From the NCBI GenBank assembly GCA_949031345.1, contig CARNVA010000004.1:468-64467 (forward strand): a stretch of 64,000 nt of DNA. Direction: 5' to 3'. Shown one piece after another: positions 37,050-45,948 of this stretch (the first letter of the stretch is position 1; each line of letters opens with the position of its first letter). Position numbers and translations under genes: made by a program. Under the pieces are notes generated by a model, which saw only the letters and a list, made by a program, of their open reading frames with translations, searched no databases and had not been told where the DNA came from. Origin of the DNA: an uncultured Eubacteriales bacterium. Its GTDB lineage: Bacteria; Bacillota; Clostridia; Christensenellales; UBA1242.

Positions 37050-37076
37050 ATTATACCCCCCCCCGAAATATGTCAA
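37050..37076 (-). promoter_or_regulatory. Sigma-A-type promoter with a G9 tract in the spacer (small membrane-protein gene)
   Basis: Minus strand 37076->37050 reads TTGACA TATTTC GGGGGGGGG TATAAT. The plus-strand C9 is at 37056-37064 and the spacer is 15 nt. Confidence 0.65.
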
Positions 37077-37084
37077 GTAATTTT

Positions 37085-37119
37085 AAAAAAAATCTCCAAT
37101 TTTTGGAGATTTCTTTTTT
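37085..37119. terminator. Hairpin terminator (A-run / T-run flanked)
   Basis: AAAAAAAATCTCCAA-TTT-TTGGAGATTTCTTTTTT. It is homologous to the hairpin at 40851-40876. Confidence 0.65.
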
Positions 37120-37129
37120 ATTTTAATTT

Positions 37130-37259
37130 TTTCATCTATTACTCATGCTAAAATAGTCGTCTTGCTAAATACTCTTATTTTGACAAGACCAGTGACGCTG
37201 CGACAACAACACTTCCTTTTTTATCTGTTTACAACCAATAAAACAAAGAATTTTTGTCA
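37130..37259 (-). pseudogene. Degenerate relic of the 3' end of the FAD-dependent oxidoreductase gene
   Basis: gacaagaccagtgacgctgcgacaacaacacttcc...ccaataaaacaaagaatttttgtca aligns with 40931-41010 (gacaagaccggtggctgccgcgacaacaatgtttcc...ccaatgaaataaagattttttgtca). There are indels and no open frame. Confidence 0.7.
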
Positions 37260-37269
37260 TGGCACAATT

Positions 37270-40200
37270 TTAATATTGCTCAAATCCCCATTTTACAAGG
37301 TCTTCTGTTGTTATGCCTTTATTCCCTCTTGCAAGCCACGAAAGTCCATCTGGCAGCGGTTGCCCAGTATCAGTAATAATCCAAGCCGAAAAGTCACTTC
37401 CTATAAAATGCTTTTGTATGCCCTCGATTTCATAAATTGAGTTGTTTACCACAACATTTTCTATATCCATCGCACTCCAAACAGAAGATTTTGCAAAGCA
37501 GTTGTTGACAGAGCTTTTGATATCACTGTTTACTTGACCGACAATAAGCCCTAAAAAGTCGCCGCCAACAATATCACCCATATAGCCACAAGCTGCAATT
37601 CTTATTACGCTTGCGTTTGCACAACCCAAGATGCCGCCGATGTACATTTCACCAGAAATATTACTTTTTGAAAAACTATTTTCAATTGCGATGAAGTTTT
37701 CAGTTGTAATGGTGCCATTGTAAAAGCCAATTATTCCACCCAAATTATATTCGCCAGTAATATTGCCATAGTTGAAACACCCAACAACTTTAACATCCTC
37801 GCCTCTGCCTATCATTCCACAAGAGTCATAACCAACGATTTTTACTCCACTTCGGCAATTTTCAATCAAGCCTGTGTACGCAACTCCGACTAACGAGCCC
37901 ACATTTTCATAACCATAAACATTTCCAGAAACAATATTTATATTTTTAAGTATTGCACTGTTGCAAAAGCCAAACAAACCGACATTTGAATAAATTTGAT
38001 TTCCATAAGCATCAACCACATCAATAGTTTTTAAATTGCTTATTAAAAAACCTTGCCCGTCATAAACGCCCTTAAAAGCACGCTGACTATTATCTGTCCC
38101 AATTGGAAGCCAAATATTGTCTAAAAGGTCAATTGGTCTTGTTTGCTTAAAGTATTTATCACCGAAAGTTTCACCATGTTTAACTCGATATGATAAATAT
38201 GCCAAATCTTCAGCACTTGAAATTAAATATGGTGAGCTTTCATCGCCATTACCTTGAAAAGCCTCTGTTCTATTTAAAATCGGCAAATGCCAAGTTGTAT
38301 CCCATTGTGCATAAAGTGTCAAATTTGCAGTAAGATTGCTTATTGCACTGTTTTCAAGATAAATCTCACCACCATATTGCGAAGTTGACCAATGTTTAAA
38401 AGTATATCCCTCTTTAACAAAAGCATTATCTGCAAGCCTCACAAAGCCTGCATCATAGGTCACCGATTGAGAAGGCATGCTTCCACTGCCACCATTGCCA
38501 TAAAAAATTATTGAATATGTTTTTGGCCTCCAATGAGCGTAGAGAATGCTGTCTCCTGCGATATTGTATTTTCCTGTTGTATCAACTTTTGTTCCGCCAG
38601 TCGCACTTGTCCACCAACCCTCAAAGATATATTCTCCATCTTTTGTTGGCGTTGGAATATCACCATAGACTTCATCATAAGTGACCTCTTTGGTAATTTC
38701 TTCTGCAACTTCGTTTGACGAGCTTATCAAATCAAAAGCGATTTCATAATCTATATTATTACCAATAAACTTAGCACTGATTGGTGCAAAGAAATAGAAA
38801 TAAAAGACATGGCTTCCAGCACTGATATCTGAAAATATAACACGAGTGCTTCCGCTTAAATTTTTCGTGGTCCAATATGGCTTATCGTATGAAAAGCTGT
38901 CTAATTGAGTAACTCCGAAGTCCACAGCGTAAAGGTCTTTACCCGTTTTTTGTTTAATATCAAAGCTTATAGACAAACTTATCCTAGCATCTTTGATGGC
39001 AACAAAACTTACCGAATATAAAGCGTCCCCTGCCCAAAATCCACCTTTTATCTTTCCGCCAGTTTCAGTCTTTGCTATTCCAGGGCCATAAGTCAAATTA
39101 CTTATTATTTCGTTGCTTTTGAAATCAAAGTATCCGCTATTTGCGTTTAGCGTCAATTCATAATTATTTGGTTTCCAAATTGCCTTGAAAGTTTTCGTCC
39201 CATTGGCTCCTAAATAAGGGACTTTGTCTATTCTGCAAGTTCCATCAGCGTTTGCATTATAAAAATAGTTTGTATAACCAGGTTGTGTGCATTGCCAACC
39301 AACAAGACTATAGCCTCTTTTTACAGGCACAGGGAAGCTGTATGGTCTCCTTTCTATGACGCCACTTTGACTTGAAGATGAGCTATCATTATATATGCCA
39401 CCATTATAATCAAGACAGAATGTATATTCTTGGAAAAGTGTTGAGATGGCTTTTGAAAGATTGAAGTGAAGCGCTGGTCGAACAGCAAGTGACTGATTTA
39501 CATATTCGCCGTCCCCTTGTGCTCCATTTGGAAAAAGAAGCATGCCATACAAAGAGCTGTCAAGAAATGCCGACCTGGTCCACGAGTATGTATAAACTCC
39601 ACTATTGTTTCTAGTGCCAACTGTTCCTAACAAGTCAGTTGTGCTGCCGTTGAAATTTTTTCGTTGGTTATTTGACAAACCCCACATACCAGGATGAGAG
39701 CTGCTATCACCAGTTTCTGAAATGCTAGGCAGCCATATAAAATCATTGCTCCAGGCACTATTTAATGATTTATTTGCATAATTGTAATAGCTTCTCTTGG
39801 AAGAATTATAATAAAAACGATAAGACGTTCCATTATAAGAGCCCGAATTTGGAATGCTTGATGACCAATTTTCATTCGAAGCAGAATATGCTACACCTAT
39901 ATAAGTCCTAGTATTTTGACCATACTCCTGCCATTGAACATTTGCCGGTTTAACTAAGTATTCGGTAACATTTCCGCTCACACTCGACATAGTAAACTTT
40001 GCAAAAGGGCTGTCAGTACTTTGAGAGCCTGGATTCAAAGCATTGCTTCGTGCAGCATAAGACCCACCATTATTTAAAGTAGCCGACCTTATATAACTTA
40101 GCCCATACATGTTTGATGGATTATGACTACTTGGTGCATCCTCTCTCCAATTTGCAGACCAATCTGAATATAACCCGCCATTCAACAGCCCATGATAATT

Positions 40201-40659
40201 ACCTAAATTTTTGGTTGTAGAGCCCCAAGCTTCCTGCTTGCAGTTTGTAAGCCATAAAGTAATAATGGTATTGCCCGAGGTGTCTTTTGAAAGATAAACC
40301 ACCTGCCAATCAAGTCCACCAAAACGAACAACAACATCTTGCGAAGAGGTCTTATTGTATGTCTTTGACCTTATAATTGAAGCTTTTGTTTTGGATGAGG
40401 CCATACCATCAATAGTTGCCTTATTTGAAATAGTGGTGTCGGCGCTTCCAGAAATATATTTAAGAAGGGTATTTAAATTTGTTTCTGAAAAACTGCTTCC
40501 ATTATAAAGCTCATCAACCTTAACATAGGATGTTGTATCAGTTGAGGTAATAGCCTCCGTTTGCTTGATAATTCCACTATATTGAAGCCCCATAAGAAAA
40601 CTGCATAAAGCAAAAAGGAGACAAGACATTGTTACTGAAATCCTCCTCAATAATCTCAT
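37270..40659 (-). CDS. Large surface protein B: distinct N-terminal region, Flg_new repeats and a GLUG-repeat C-terminal module
   Basis: 1129-aa ORF with a GGAGGTGAGATATG RBS and a signal/anchor. The N-terminal ~400 aa (VVVRFGGLDWQVVYLSKD...IWLPSISETG...YSWTRSA) is possibly DUF6273-like. Flg_new units are present (GYSLVGWQC, FEGWWTSATGGT...LYAHW, GYTFKHWST...LYAQW). The conserved C-terminal module is SPYLISSAEDLAYLSYRV...GLFGF...LGGIIGF...IGGILGC...QPLPDGLSW. Confidence 0.8.
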   Translation of the reverse strand: MRLLRRISVTMSCLLFALCSFLMGLQYSGIIKQTEAITSTDTTSYVKVDELYNGSSFSETNLNTLLKYISGSADTTISNKATIDGMASSKTKASIIRSKTYNKTSSQDVVVRFGGLDWQVVYLSKDTSGNTIITLWLTNCKQEAWGSTTKNLGNYHGLLNGGLYSDWSANWREDAPSSHNPSNMYGLSYIRSATLNNGGSYAARSNALNPGSQSTDSPFAKFTMSSVSGNVTEYLVKPANVQWQEYGQNTRTYIGVAYSASNENWSSSIPNSGSYNGTSYRFYYNSSKRSYYNYANKSLNSAWSNDFIWLPSISETGDSSSHPGMWGLSNNQRKNFNGSTTDLLGTVGTRNNSGVYTYSWTRSAFLDSSLYGMLLFPNGAQGDGEYVNQSLAVRPALHFNLSKAISTLFQEYTFCLDYNGGIYNDSSSSSQSGVIERRPYSFPVPVKRGYSLVGWQCTQPGYTNYFYNANADGTCRIDKVPYLGANGTKTFKAIWKPNNYELTLNANSGYFDFKSNEIISNLTYGPGIAKTETGGKIKGGFWAGDALYSVSFVAIKDARISLSISFDIKQKTGKDLYAVDFGVTQLDSFSYDKPYWTTKNLSGSTRVIFSDISAGSHVFYFYFFAPISAKFIGNNIDYEIAFDLISSSNEVAEEITKEVTYDEVYGDIPTPTKDGEYIFEGWWTSATGGTKVDTTGKYNIAGDSILYAHWRPKTYSIIFYGNGGSGSMPSQSVTYDAGFVRLADNAFVKEGYTFKHWSTSQYGGEIYLENSAISNLTANLTLYAQWDTTWHLPILNRTEAFQGNGDESSPYLISSAEDLAYLSYRVKHGETFGDKYFKQTRPIDLLDNIWLPIGTDNSQRAFKGVYDGQGFLISNLKTIDVVDAYGNQIYSNVGLFGFCNSAILKNINIVSGNVYGYENVGSLVGVAYTGLIENCRSGVKIVGYDSCGMIGRGEDVKVVGCFNYGNITGEYNLGGIIGFYNGTITTENFIAIENSFSKSNISGEMYIGGILGCANASVIRIAACGYMGDIVGGDFLGLIVGQVNSDIKSSVNNCFAKSSVWSAMDIENVVVNNSIYEIEGIQKHFIGSDFSAWIITDTGQPLPDGLSWLARGNKGITTEDLVKWGFEQY

Positions 40660-40810
40660 ATCTCACCTCCTTCTATTATTATGCGCATAAAGTAATATTA
40701 CATTTACACAACATCTTTTTTATCAACTAATAGAATAAAAATAAAACATAATGCTAATCCTCTTGTAAATTTTCTTTATTCATATTTTTTCGTTTAATAT
40801 TTATGTCATA

Positions 40811-40839
40811 ATTTTACCCCCCCCGGTAAATTTTGTCAA
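40811..40839 (-). promoter_or_regulatory. Sigma-A-type promoter with a G8 tract in the spacer (surface gene B)
   Basis: Minus strand 40839->40811 reads TTGACA AAATTTACC GGGGGGGG TAAAAT. The plus-strand C8 is at 40817-40824 and the spacer is 17 nt. Confidence 0.7.
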
Positions 40840-40850
40840 GTAAAATACAA

Positions 40851-40876
40851 GAAATCTTCAAATTTTTGAAGATTTC
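40851..40876 (-). terminator. Hairpin terminator after the oxidoreductase gene
   Basis: Perfect 12-bp-arm palindrome GAAATCTTCAAA-TT-TTTGAAGATTTC. Confidence 0.55.
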
Positions 40877-40891
40877 TTATATATTATTTTA

Positions 40892-42292
40892 TTATATTGA
40901 TTTTACTCTTTCTAAAATATCTCTTGCTGAGACAAGACCGGTGGCTGCCGCGACAACAATGTTTCCTGCCTTACCAGCACCATCTCCAATGAAATAAAGA
41001 TTTTTTGTCAAACACTTAAACTTATTATCTGTTTCAATTTCATTGCTGAAGAATTTAATTTCTGGACCATACAACAGTGTCTCATCATTATTCACACCTG
41101 GGATAATCTTATCAAGTTCTTCCAGTCCCTCTAAAATATTTTTTATAATTCTATATGGAAGCACCAGCGCAAGGTCTCCAGCAACGCAATCTTTAAGTGT
41201 TGGCTCAATGAAACCTTTGTTAAGCCTGTGCCATTCACTTCTTCTTCCACATCTTAAATCTCTCAGACACTGAATAATAGGCTTTTTGTCACCAAGAACA
41301 TTGGCTATTCTTGCAATTGACTCACCAAATTGCCTTGTATTTGTCACCGGCTGAGTAAGATTAACCTTGCAAATGAAAGCGAAGTTTGAATTGTTTGATT
41401 TTACATCTTTCAATGCGTGACCGTTGACGCAAATATAACCATAGTAATTTTCTTTTGTAACATATCCGCCAGGATTTGTGCAGAATGTCCTTATCTCATC
41501 ACCATAAGTTTTTGTCTTTATAAATATAGTTGGGTCATATATGACATCAGTGATTTTTTTCAAGACTTCCTTTCTTGTCTCCACCCTAACGCCAATCTCT
41601 ATGCTTTGAGAATTGTAAGGGATGTTATGCTTGTCCAAAAAGCCTTGCATCCAGCCAGCACCCGTTCTTCCAGGGGCAATTGTCACAAACTTTGCCAAAA
41701 AACTGTCATCTTTGCCAGCAAGCTTGAAGATGACTTTATTGTCATTTCCTTCATCTTCAATATCAATTACATCACAGTCTTCAAGAATTGTCACGCCTTT
41801 ATTTTCTAAATATTCAGTAAAATTTTCAATGTATGACGGAAGTTTGTCTGAGCCTAAATGTTTTTGCTTAATTAAAAGAAGTCTTGCACCTTTAAGTGTA
41901 ACATTTTCTTTAATTCTTTCGCTTTCTTCGCTGCTTTTTGGATAAACTTCGGCATCCATTCCAAACTTATTAAAGATTTCTTCCGTTTCATCAATAAGTT
42001 TATAAGCCTCTTCCTGCCCCATATACTTAAACAAATCGCTTTTTCCAAGCTTTGGAATAAAATTTAATTTACCATCTGAAAAAGTACCTGCACCGCCATA
42101 ACCAGATAAAATTTGACAAGGATTGCAATTAAAACATTTGCCTGTCTTTTTCATAGGACAAACTCTGTTTCTTGCCCTTTTTCCCTTGTCAAGAAGACAA
42201 ATCTTCAAAGCGGGATTATTTTCAATCAATTCATAAGCACAAAACAGACCTGCAGGCCCTGCGCCAACTATTACAACATCAAATTTTTCCAT
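40892..42292 (-). CDS. FAD-dependent oxidoreductase (COG2509-like)
   Basis: FDVVIVGAGPAGLFCAYEL dinucleotide-binding motif. 466 aa, with a C-terminal GDGAGKAGNIVVAAATG. Confidence 0.75.
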   Translation of the reverse strand: MEKFDVVIVGAGPAGLFCAYELIENNPALKICLLDKGKRARNRVCPMKKTGKCFNCNPCQILSGYGGAGTFSDGKLNFIPKLGKSDLFKYMGQEEAYKLIDETEEIFNKFGMDAEVYPKSSEESERIKENVTLKGARLLLIKQKHLGSDKLPSYIENFTEYLENKGVTILEDCDVIDIEDEGNDNKVIFKLAGKDDSFLAKFVTIAPGRTGAGWMQGFLDKHNIPYNSQSIEIGVRVETRKEVLKKITDVIYDPTIFIKTKTYGDEIRTFCTNPGGYVTKENYYGYICVNGHALKDVKSNNSNFAFICKVNLTQPVTNTRQFGESIARIANVLGDKKPIIQCLRDLRCGRRSEWHRLNKGFIEPTLKDCVAGDLALVLPYRIIKNILEGLEELDKIIPGVNNDETLLYGPEIKFFSNEIETDNKFKCLTKNLYFIGDGAGKAGNIVVAAATGLVSARDILERVKSI

Positions 42293-42599
42293 AACATCCT
42301 CAATTTAAATTGTATTTAAAACAACATTATTTATTATATAACATAATCAAAAATTATCAAACTAAATTCCCACTTTAAAAAATATTATTAAAAATTGATT
42401 TTAATTTTTATTTTAAAAACATTATACAAGTATAAAAAGTCAGTTTTGAAAGAAATTTTTTACAAAATAAATTTAAACCAACTCTTAAGATAAGTCAAGA
42501 TATTTTTTAAAAATTTAAAAACAAAAACCAATAACATTATTAGTTTATTAAAAATAAAAAAGTTGCCTTAAAAAGCAACTTTTTTAAATACATTTATCC

Positions 42600-42895
42600 T
42601 TAACAAATAAACATTAAGCTTGCAGCCGCACTAAGCACTGTAGCATAAAGAATAATAACGATAACTACATACACAGCGAGTGAAACGAAGAAGCACCAAA
42701 GCCATCCTTTAAGGAAAGTCTTGCGTTCTAAAGAGCCGTCTTTATAAAGCAAAAGACCAATAATAAGCCCAATAAGCCCAATAAAGCCACACAAAACACC
42801 AATACCAACTTTAGAGGCCCCCCATTAGTGTTGCCTTGGTTTTGAACATTGTTTGTGTTGTTGTCACTGTATTGATTGTTGTTTTGTTCTTCCAT
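42600..42895 (-). pseudogene. Small membrane protein (paralog of 36762-37028) with its frame broken at a G6 run
   Basis: ATG at 42895 after AAGGAGG gives MEEQNNNQYSDNNTNNVQNQGNTNGG, then runs out of frame at C6 (42818-42823). G7 would fuse it to ...ASKVGIGVLCGFIGLIGLIIGLLLYKDGSLERKTFLKGWL... (tracked ORF 42600-42794). Confidence 0.65.
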
Positions 42896-43019
42896 GCCTT
42901 CCTCCTTTTAAAAAGATTTAATTTTATTTCATCATTTGCTTTATTGCAAATGCCAAAATATAAAACTAATTTTATTTTACAATATAATATGCAAAAGTCA
43001 AGAATTTAATAATAATTTT

Positions 43020-43682
43020 TTATTTTTTCAACTTGTTTATCGCATCCAATCTGTCATGTGCTTTGAAAACATAATTTCCGCTGACAAGAATGTCCGCCCC
43101 AGAGTCAATAATGTCTTCCGCATTGTCAAGACCTACACCACCGTCCACTTCAATTTTAAACTTAAAATTGTTTTGCTGCCTTAAATCATCAAGCAACTTA
43201 ATTTTTTGCATAGTCTCTGGTATAAACTTTTGTCCACTTGCCCCCGGCTCTACACCAAGCACTAAGATGACATCAAAATCATGCAAGAACATTTTTATTT
43301 CTTTAATTTCCGTTTCAGGTCTTATTGCAAGCCCTGCAAGCGCCTTATAATCTTTAATTTTTTCTAATGCCAAAACAATGTCATTTTTATTTTCAAAAGC
43401 TTCATAATGTATTGTGACAATGTTTGCCCCCGCTTTTAAATATTCATCAACAAGCTTAAGCGGCTCACTGCACATAAGATGAACATCAAGCATAGTAAGG
43501 CAATTTTGATTTATGTTGTTTGCAAGTGCACTGTCAAAATTTTTGCTTGAAACAAATATTCCATCTTTGACATCACAATGAATAAAGTCGGCAATGCCTT
43601 GCAGGCTTTTTGCATACTCAACTGTCTTTTGATATTCTTTAATAGGGTCAGTCGATACTGACACATAAATATTTTTTTTCAT
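43020..43682 (-). CDS. rpe: Ribulose-phosphate 3-epimerase
   Basis: HCDVKDGIFV, LDVHLM, and a GVEPGASGQKF-type C-terminal half. 220 aa. Confidence 0.85.
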   Translation of the reverse strand: MKKNIYVSVSTDPIKEYQKTVEYAKSLQGIADFIHCDVKDGIFVSSKNFDSALANNINQNCLTMLDVHLMCSEPLKLVDEYLKAGANIVTIHYEAFENKNDIVLALEKIKDYKALAGLAIRPETEIKEIKMFLHDFDVILVLGVEPGASGQKFIPETMQKIKLLDDLRQQNNFKFKIEVDGGVGLDNAEDIIDSGADILVSGNYVFKAHDRLDAINKLKK

Positions 43683-43904
43683 TTTTTCTCCTAATCGTTT
43701 AAATAAACCTATCTTATCCTCAATACGCCTTTCATCTAGTTTTAGTTTAACATATTTTTCAGCTTTATTTCAAATATTTTCAATTCTCTTTGAATTATTA
43801 TTTTTAAAACTTTTATTTTAAACTGCAAAAAACAATAATTGATAAAAGATTAGAAAACAAAGTCGTTAAACCTTAATCAAGCCTCAATCACTAGGCAATT
43901 AAAA

Positions 43905-44741
43905 TCAAAATCGCCTGTTGTTTTTAAGCTCATCCAAAATCTTTAAATAGTTTTCATATCTTCTTTTGCTTATCTTTCCACTCTGCAAATCTTCAACCAC
44001 ACCACACTCTTTGCCACCTTCATGAAGACAAGAGCGATATTTGCACCTTGCCCTGCCATCGAGAAATTCTGGATAATAAGAAGAAAGCTCTCTCACTTCA
44101 AGCTTTGAAACATAACCAAGGTCCAAAAGTGAAAAACCTGCCGTGTCAGCAAGATAACTTTGCCCCAGCTTAAAAAGTTTTACTATTCTTGTGGTCTGTT
44201 TTCCACGCTCGATTTTCTTTGACAGACTTCCAATCTTCTCATCACTGTCTAAAAGAGCATTGATAAGTGAAGATTTCCCAACCGCACTCTGTCCTGCAAG
44301 CACACAAAGCCCTTTAATCTCTTTGGCAAGCGGCTGGACATTTTTTGTCTTGGCACAAACCTCAACTATTTTAAAACTATGCCCATAATCTTGATAGACA
44401 TCCTTTACAAATTCACCTTTTGCGAGGTCAATTTTATTTAAAACAATTATTGGCTCAATGTCATTAAGCACACAATAAATAATCAGTTTATCAACAAGGG
44501 CAAAATCAGGTCTAGGCGAAGGTGAAAGCACAATAAAAATGCGGTCAATGTTTGCAACAGGCGGTCTGATTAAAAGATTTTTTCTTGGCAATACTTTGGT
44601 AATATTTTCACCAAACTCCACCCTGTCACCAACAAAAATGCCACCCTCTTTAGTCTTCCCACTGGGCTTTATATTATATATTTCGTTGCCACTTTCCACT
44701 GAAAACAGGTCAGCATTTTTGGTAATTACAAGTCCTTGCAC
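43905..44741 (-). CDS. rsgA: Ribosome small subunit-dependent GTPase A
   Basis: Circularly permuted GTPase motifs (NKIDL, then GQSAVGKSSLINAL) and a C-terminal zinc knuckle (CKYRSCLHEGGKECGV). Confidence 0.85.
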   Translation of the reverse strand: MQGLVITKNADLFSVESGNEIYNIKPSGKTKEGGIFVGDRVEFGENITKVLPRKNLLIRPPVANIDRIFIVLSPSPRPDFALVDKLIIYCVLNDIEPIIVLNKIDLAKGEFVKDVYQDYGHSFKIVEVCAKTKNVQPLAKEIKGLCVLAGQSAVGKSSLINALLDSDEKIGSLSKKIERGKQTTRIVKLFKLGQSYLADTAGFSLLDLGYVSKLEVRELSSYYPEFLDGRARCKYRSCLHEGGKECGVVEDLQSGKISKRRYENYLKILDELKNNRRF

Positions 44742-44910
44742 CCTTCCTCCATGTTATACTTTTTTTAGTAATATTGTTTATATTTATAAAAAATTGTTTA
44801 AAAACAGCGAAATTATTTAAAAAAAATGCTATTTTTTCGTTTTTTTAATGAAATTTTCCTATATTTCTGTTTGTTTTTGCAAATATAAAAAAATTATCAT
44901 ATTGCAATTT

Positions 44911-45948
44911 TTAATTGCCCTGTTTTTTCTCTTTGATAATCTTGTTTCGCAGTTGGCCACAAGCGCCCTCTATATCTTCACCCATAGTCCGCCTAACAGT
45001 CGCACTTGTCTTGAAGTTTTTGAGAAGGTCGGCAAACTTATAGGCTTCCAGCCTGCTTGTTCCTTTCAAAGTGCGTTCTTTGACCTCATTGAGCGGAATA
45101 ATATTGACATGTGCATTTAAGCCTCTAAGCAGCCCGCTCAATCTTTTTGCATCCTCTTCGCAGTCATTAACCCCTTTAATCAAGGTGTATTCAATATAAA
45201 TCTTTCTGCCAGTTTTATCATAATAGCGTCTGCACGCGTCAATAATCTCTTTTATCGAAAAGCGGTTTGCAATAGGCATAACCTCTCTTCTTTTCTCATC
45301 CAGCGTCGCATGAAGAGAAATGGTAAGAGAAATATTGTAATCTTTTTCAGCCAACAGATCAATCTTATCCACCAGCCCACAGGTTGAAAGCGAAATGTTT
45401 CGCTGGCTTATATTAAGTCCGCGCGAAGAGGAAACCAAATCAATAAATTTGCAAACATTTTCAAAATTATCAAGCGGCTCGCCACTTCCCATTAGTACAA
45501 GATTGGTGATTTTTCGGTCTTTCTCACTGCCTCCCAAATGCCTGTTGATGAGAAGCACTTGCCCCAAGATTTCTCCACTTGAAAGATTTCGCACCAGTCC
45601 ATTTAAAGTCGAAGCGCAAAACTTGCAACCCATTCGACACCCAACCTGAGTTGACAGGCAAAGTGTATAACCATATTTATATTTCATAAGCACGCATTCG
45701 ACAATGTTTCCGTCGCCAAATTCAACTATATATTTTCGCGTGCCATCCTTGCTTTCCAAAAATCTGTCGATTTTATAACTTGGATAATCTACGGCAATAA
45801 TTTCCTTAATCGCTTTAGGCAGATTTGAAATCTCATCCAAATTTTTTCCGCTGTGGATTGCATTAAAAATTTGTTCTGCCCTAAACTTTGGCAGACCAAT
45901 CTTTGTCACATATTCGCCCATTTCGGCAAAATTTAAGTCGCTAAGCAT
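44911..45948 (-). CDS. rlmN: 23S rRNA/tRNA adenine-C2 methyltransferase RlmN (radical SAM)
   Basis: The CRMGCKFCAS radical-SAM cluster, GSGEPLDN and GACGQL. I chose the start at the ATG at 45948, after AGAGGG. Confidence 0.85.
   Translation of the reverse strand: MLSDLNFAEMGEYVTKIGLPKFRAEQIFNAIHSGKNLDEISNLPKAIKEIIAVDYPSYKIDRFLESKDGTRKYIVEFGDGNIVECVLMKYKYGYTLCLSTQVGCRMGCKFCASTLNGLVRNLSSGEILGQVLLINRHLGGSEKDRKITNLVLMGSGEPLDNFENVCKFIDLVSSSRGLNISQRNISLSTCGLVDKIDLLAEKDYNISLTISLHATLDEKRREVMPIANRFSIKEIIDACRRYYDKTGRKIYIEYTLIKGVNDCEEDAKRLSGLLRGLNAHVNIIPLNEVKERTLKGTSRLEAYKFADLLKNFKTSATVRRTMGEDIEGACGQLRNKIIKEKKQGN

Noticed and set aside
37029-37076. N-terminal extension of ORF 36762-37076 (MTYFGGGYNESGRWEN)
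   Set aside because: Its start codon is the TTG of the TTGACA -35 hexamer, and its GGG codons are the promoter G9 tract. A TTG at 37028 with an upstream AAGGTGG RBS is the more sensible start.
37162-37440. 92-aa plus-strand ORF across the 3' end of gene B and the oxidoreductase relic
   Set aside because: It is antisense to gene B and runs through the decayed duplicate. It has no RBS, so it is an artefact.
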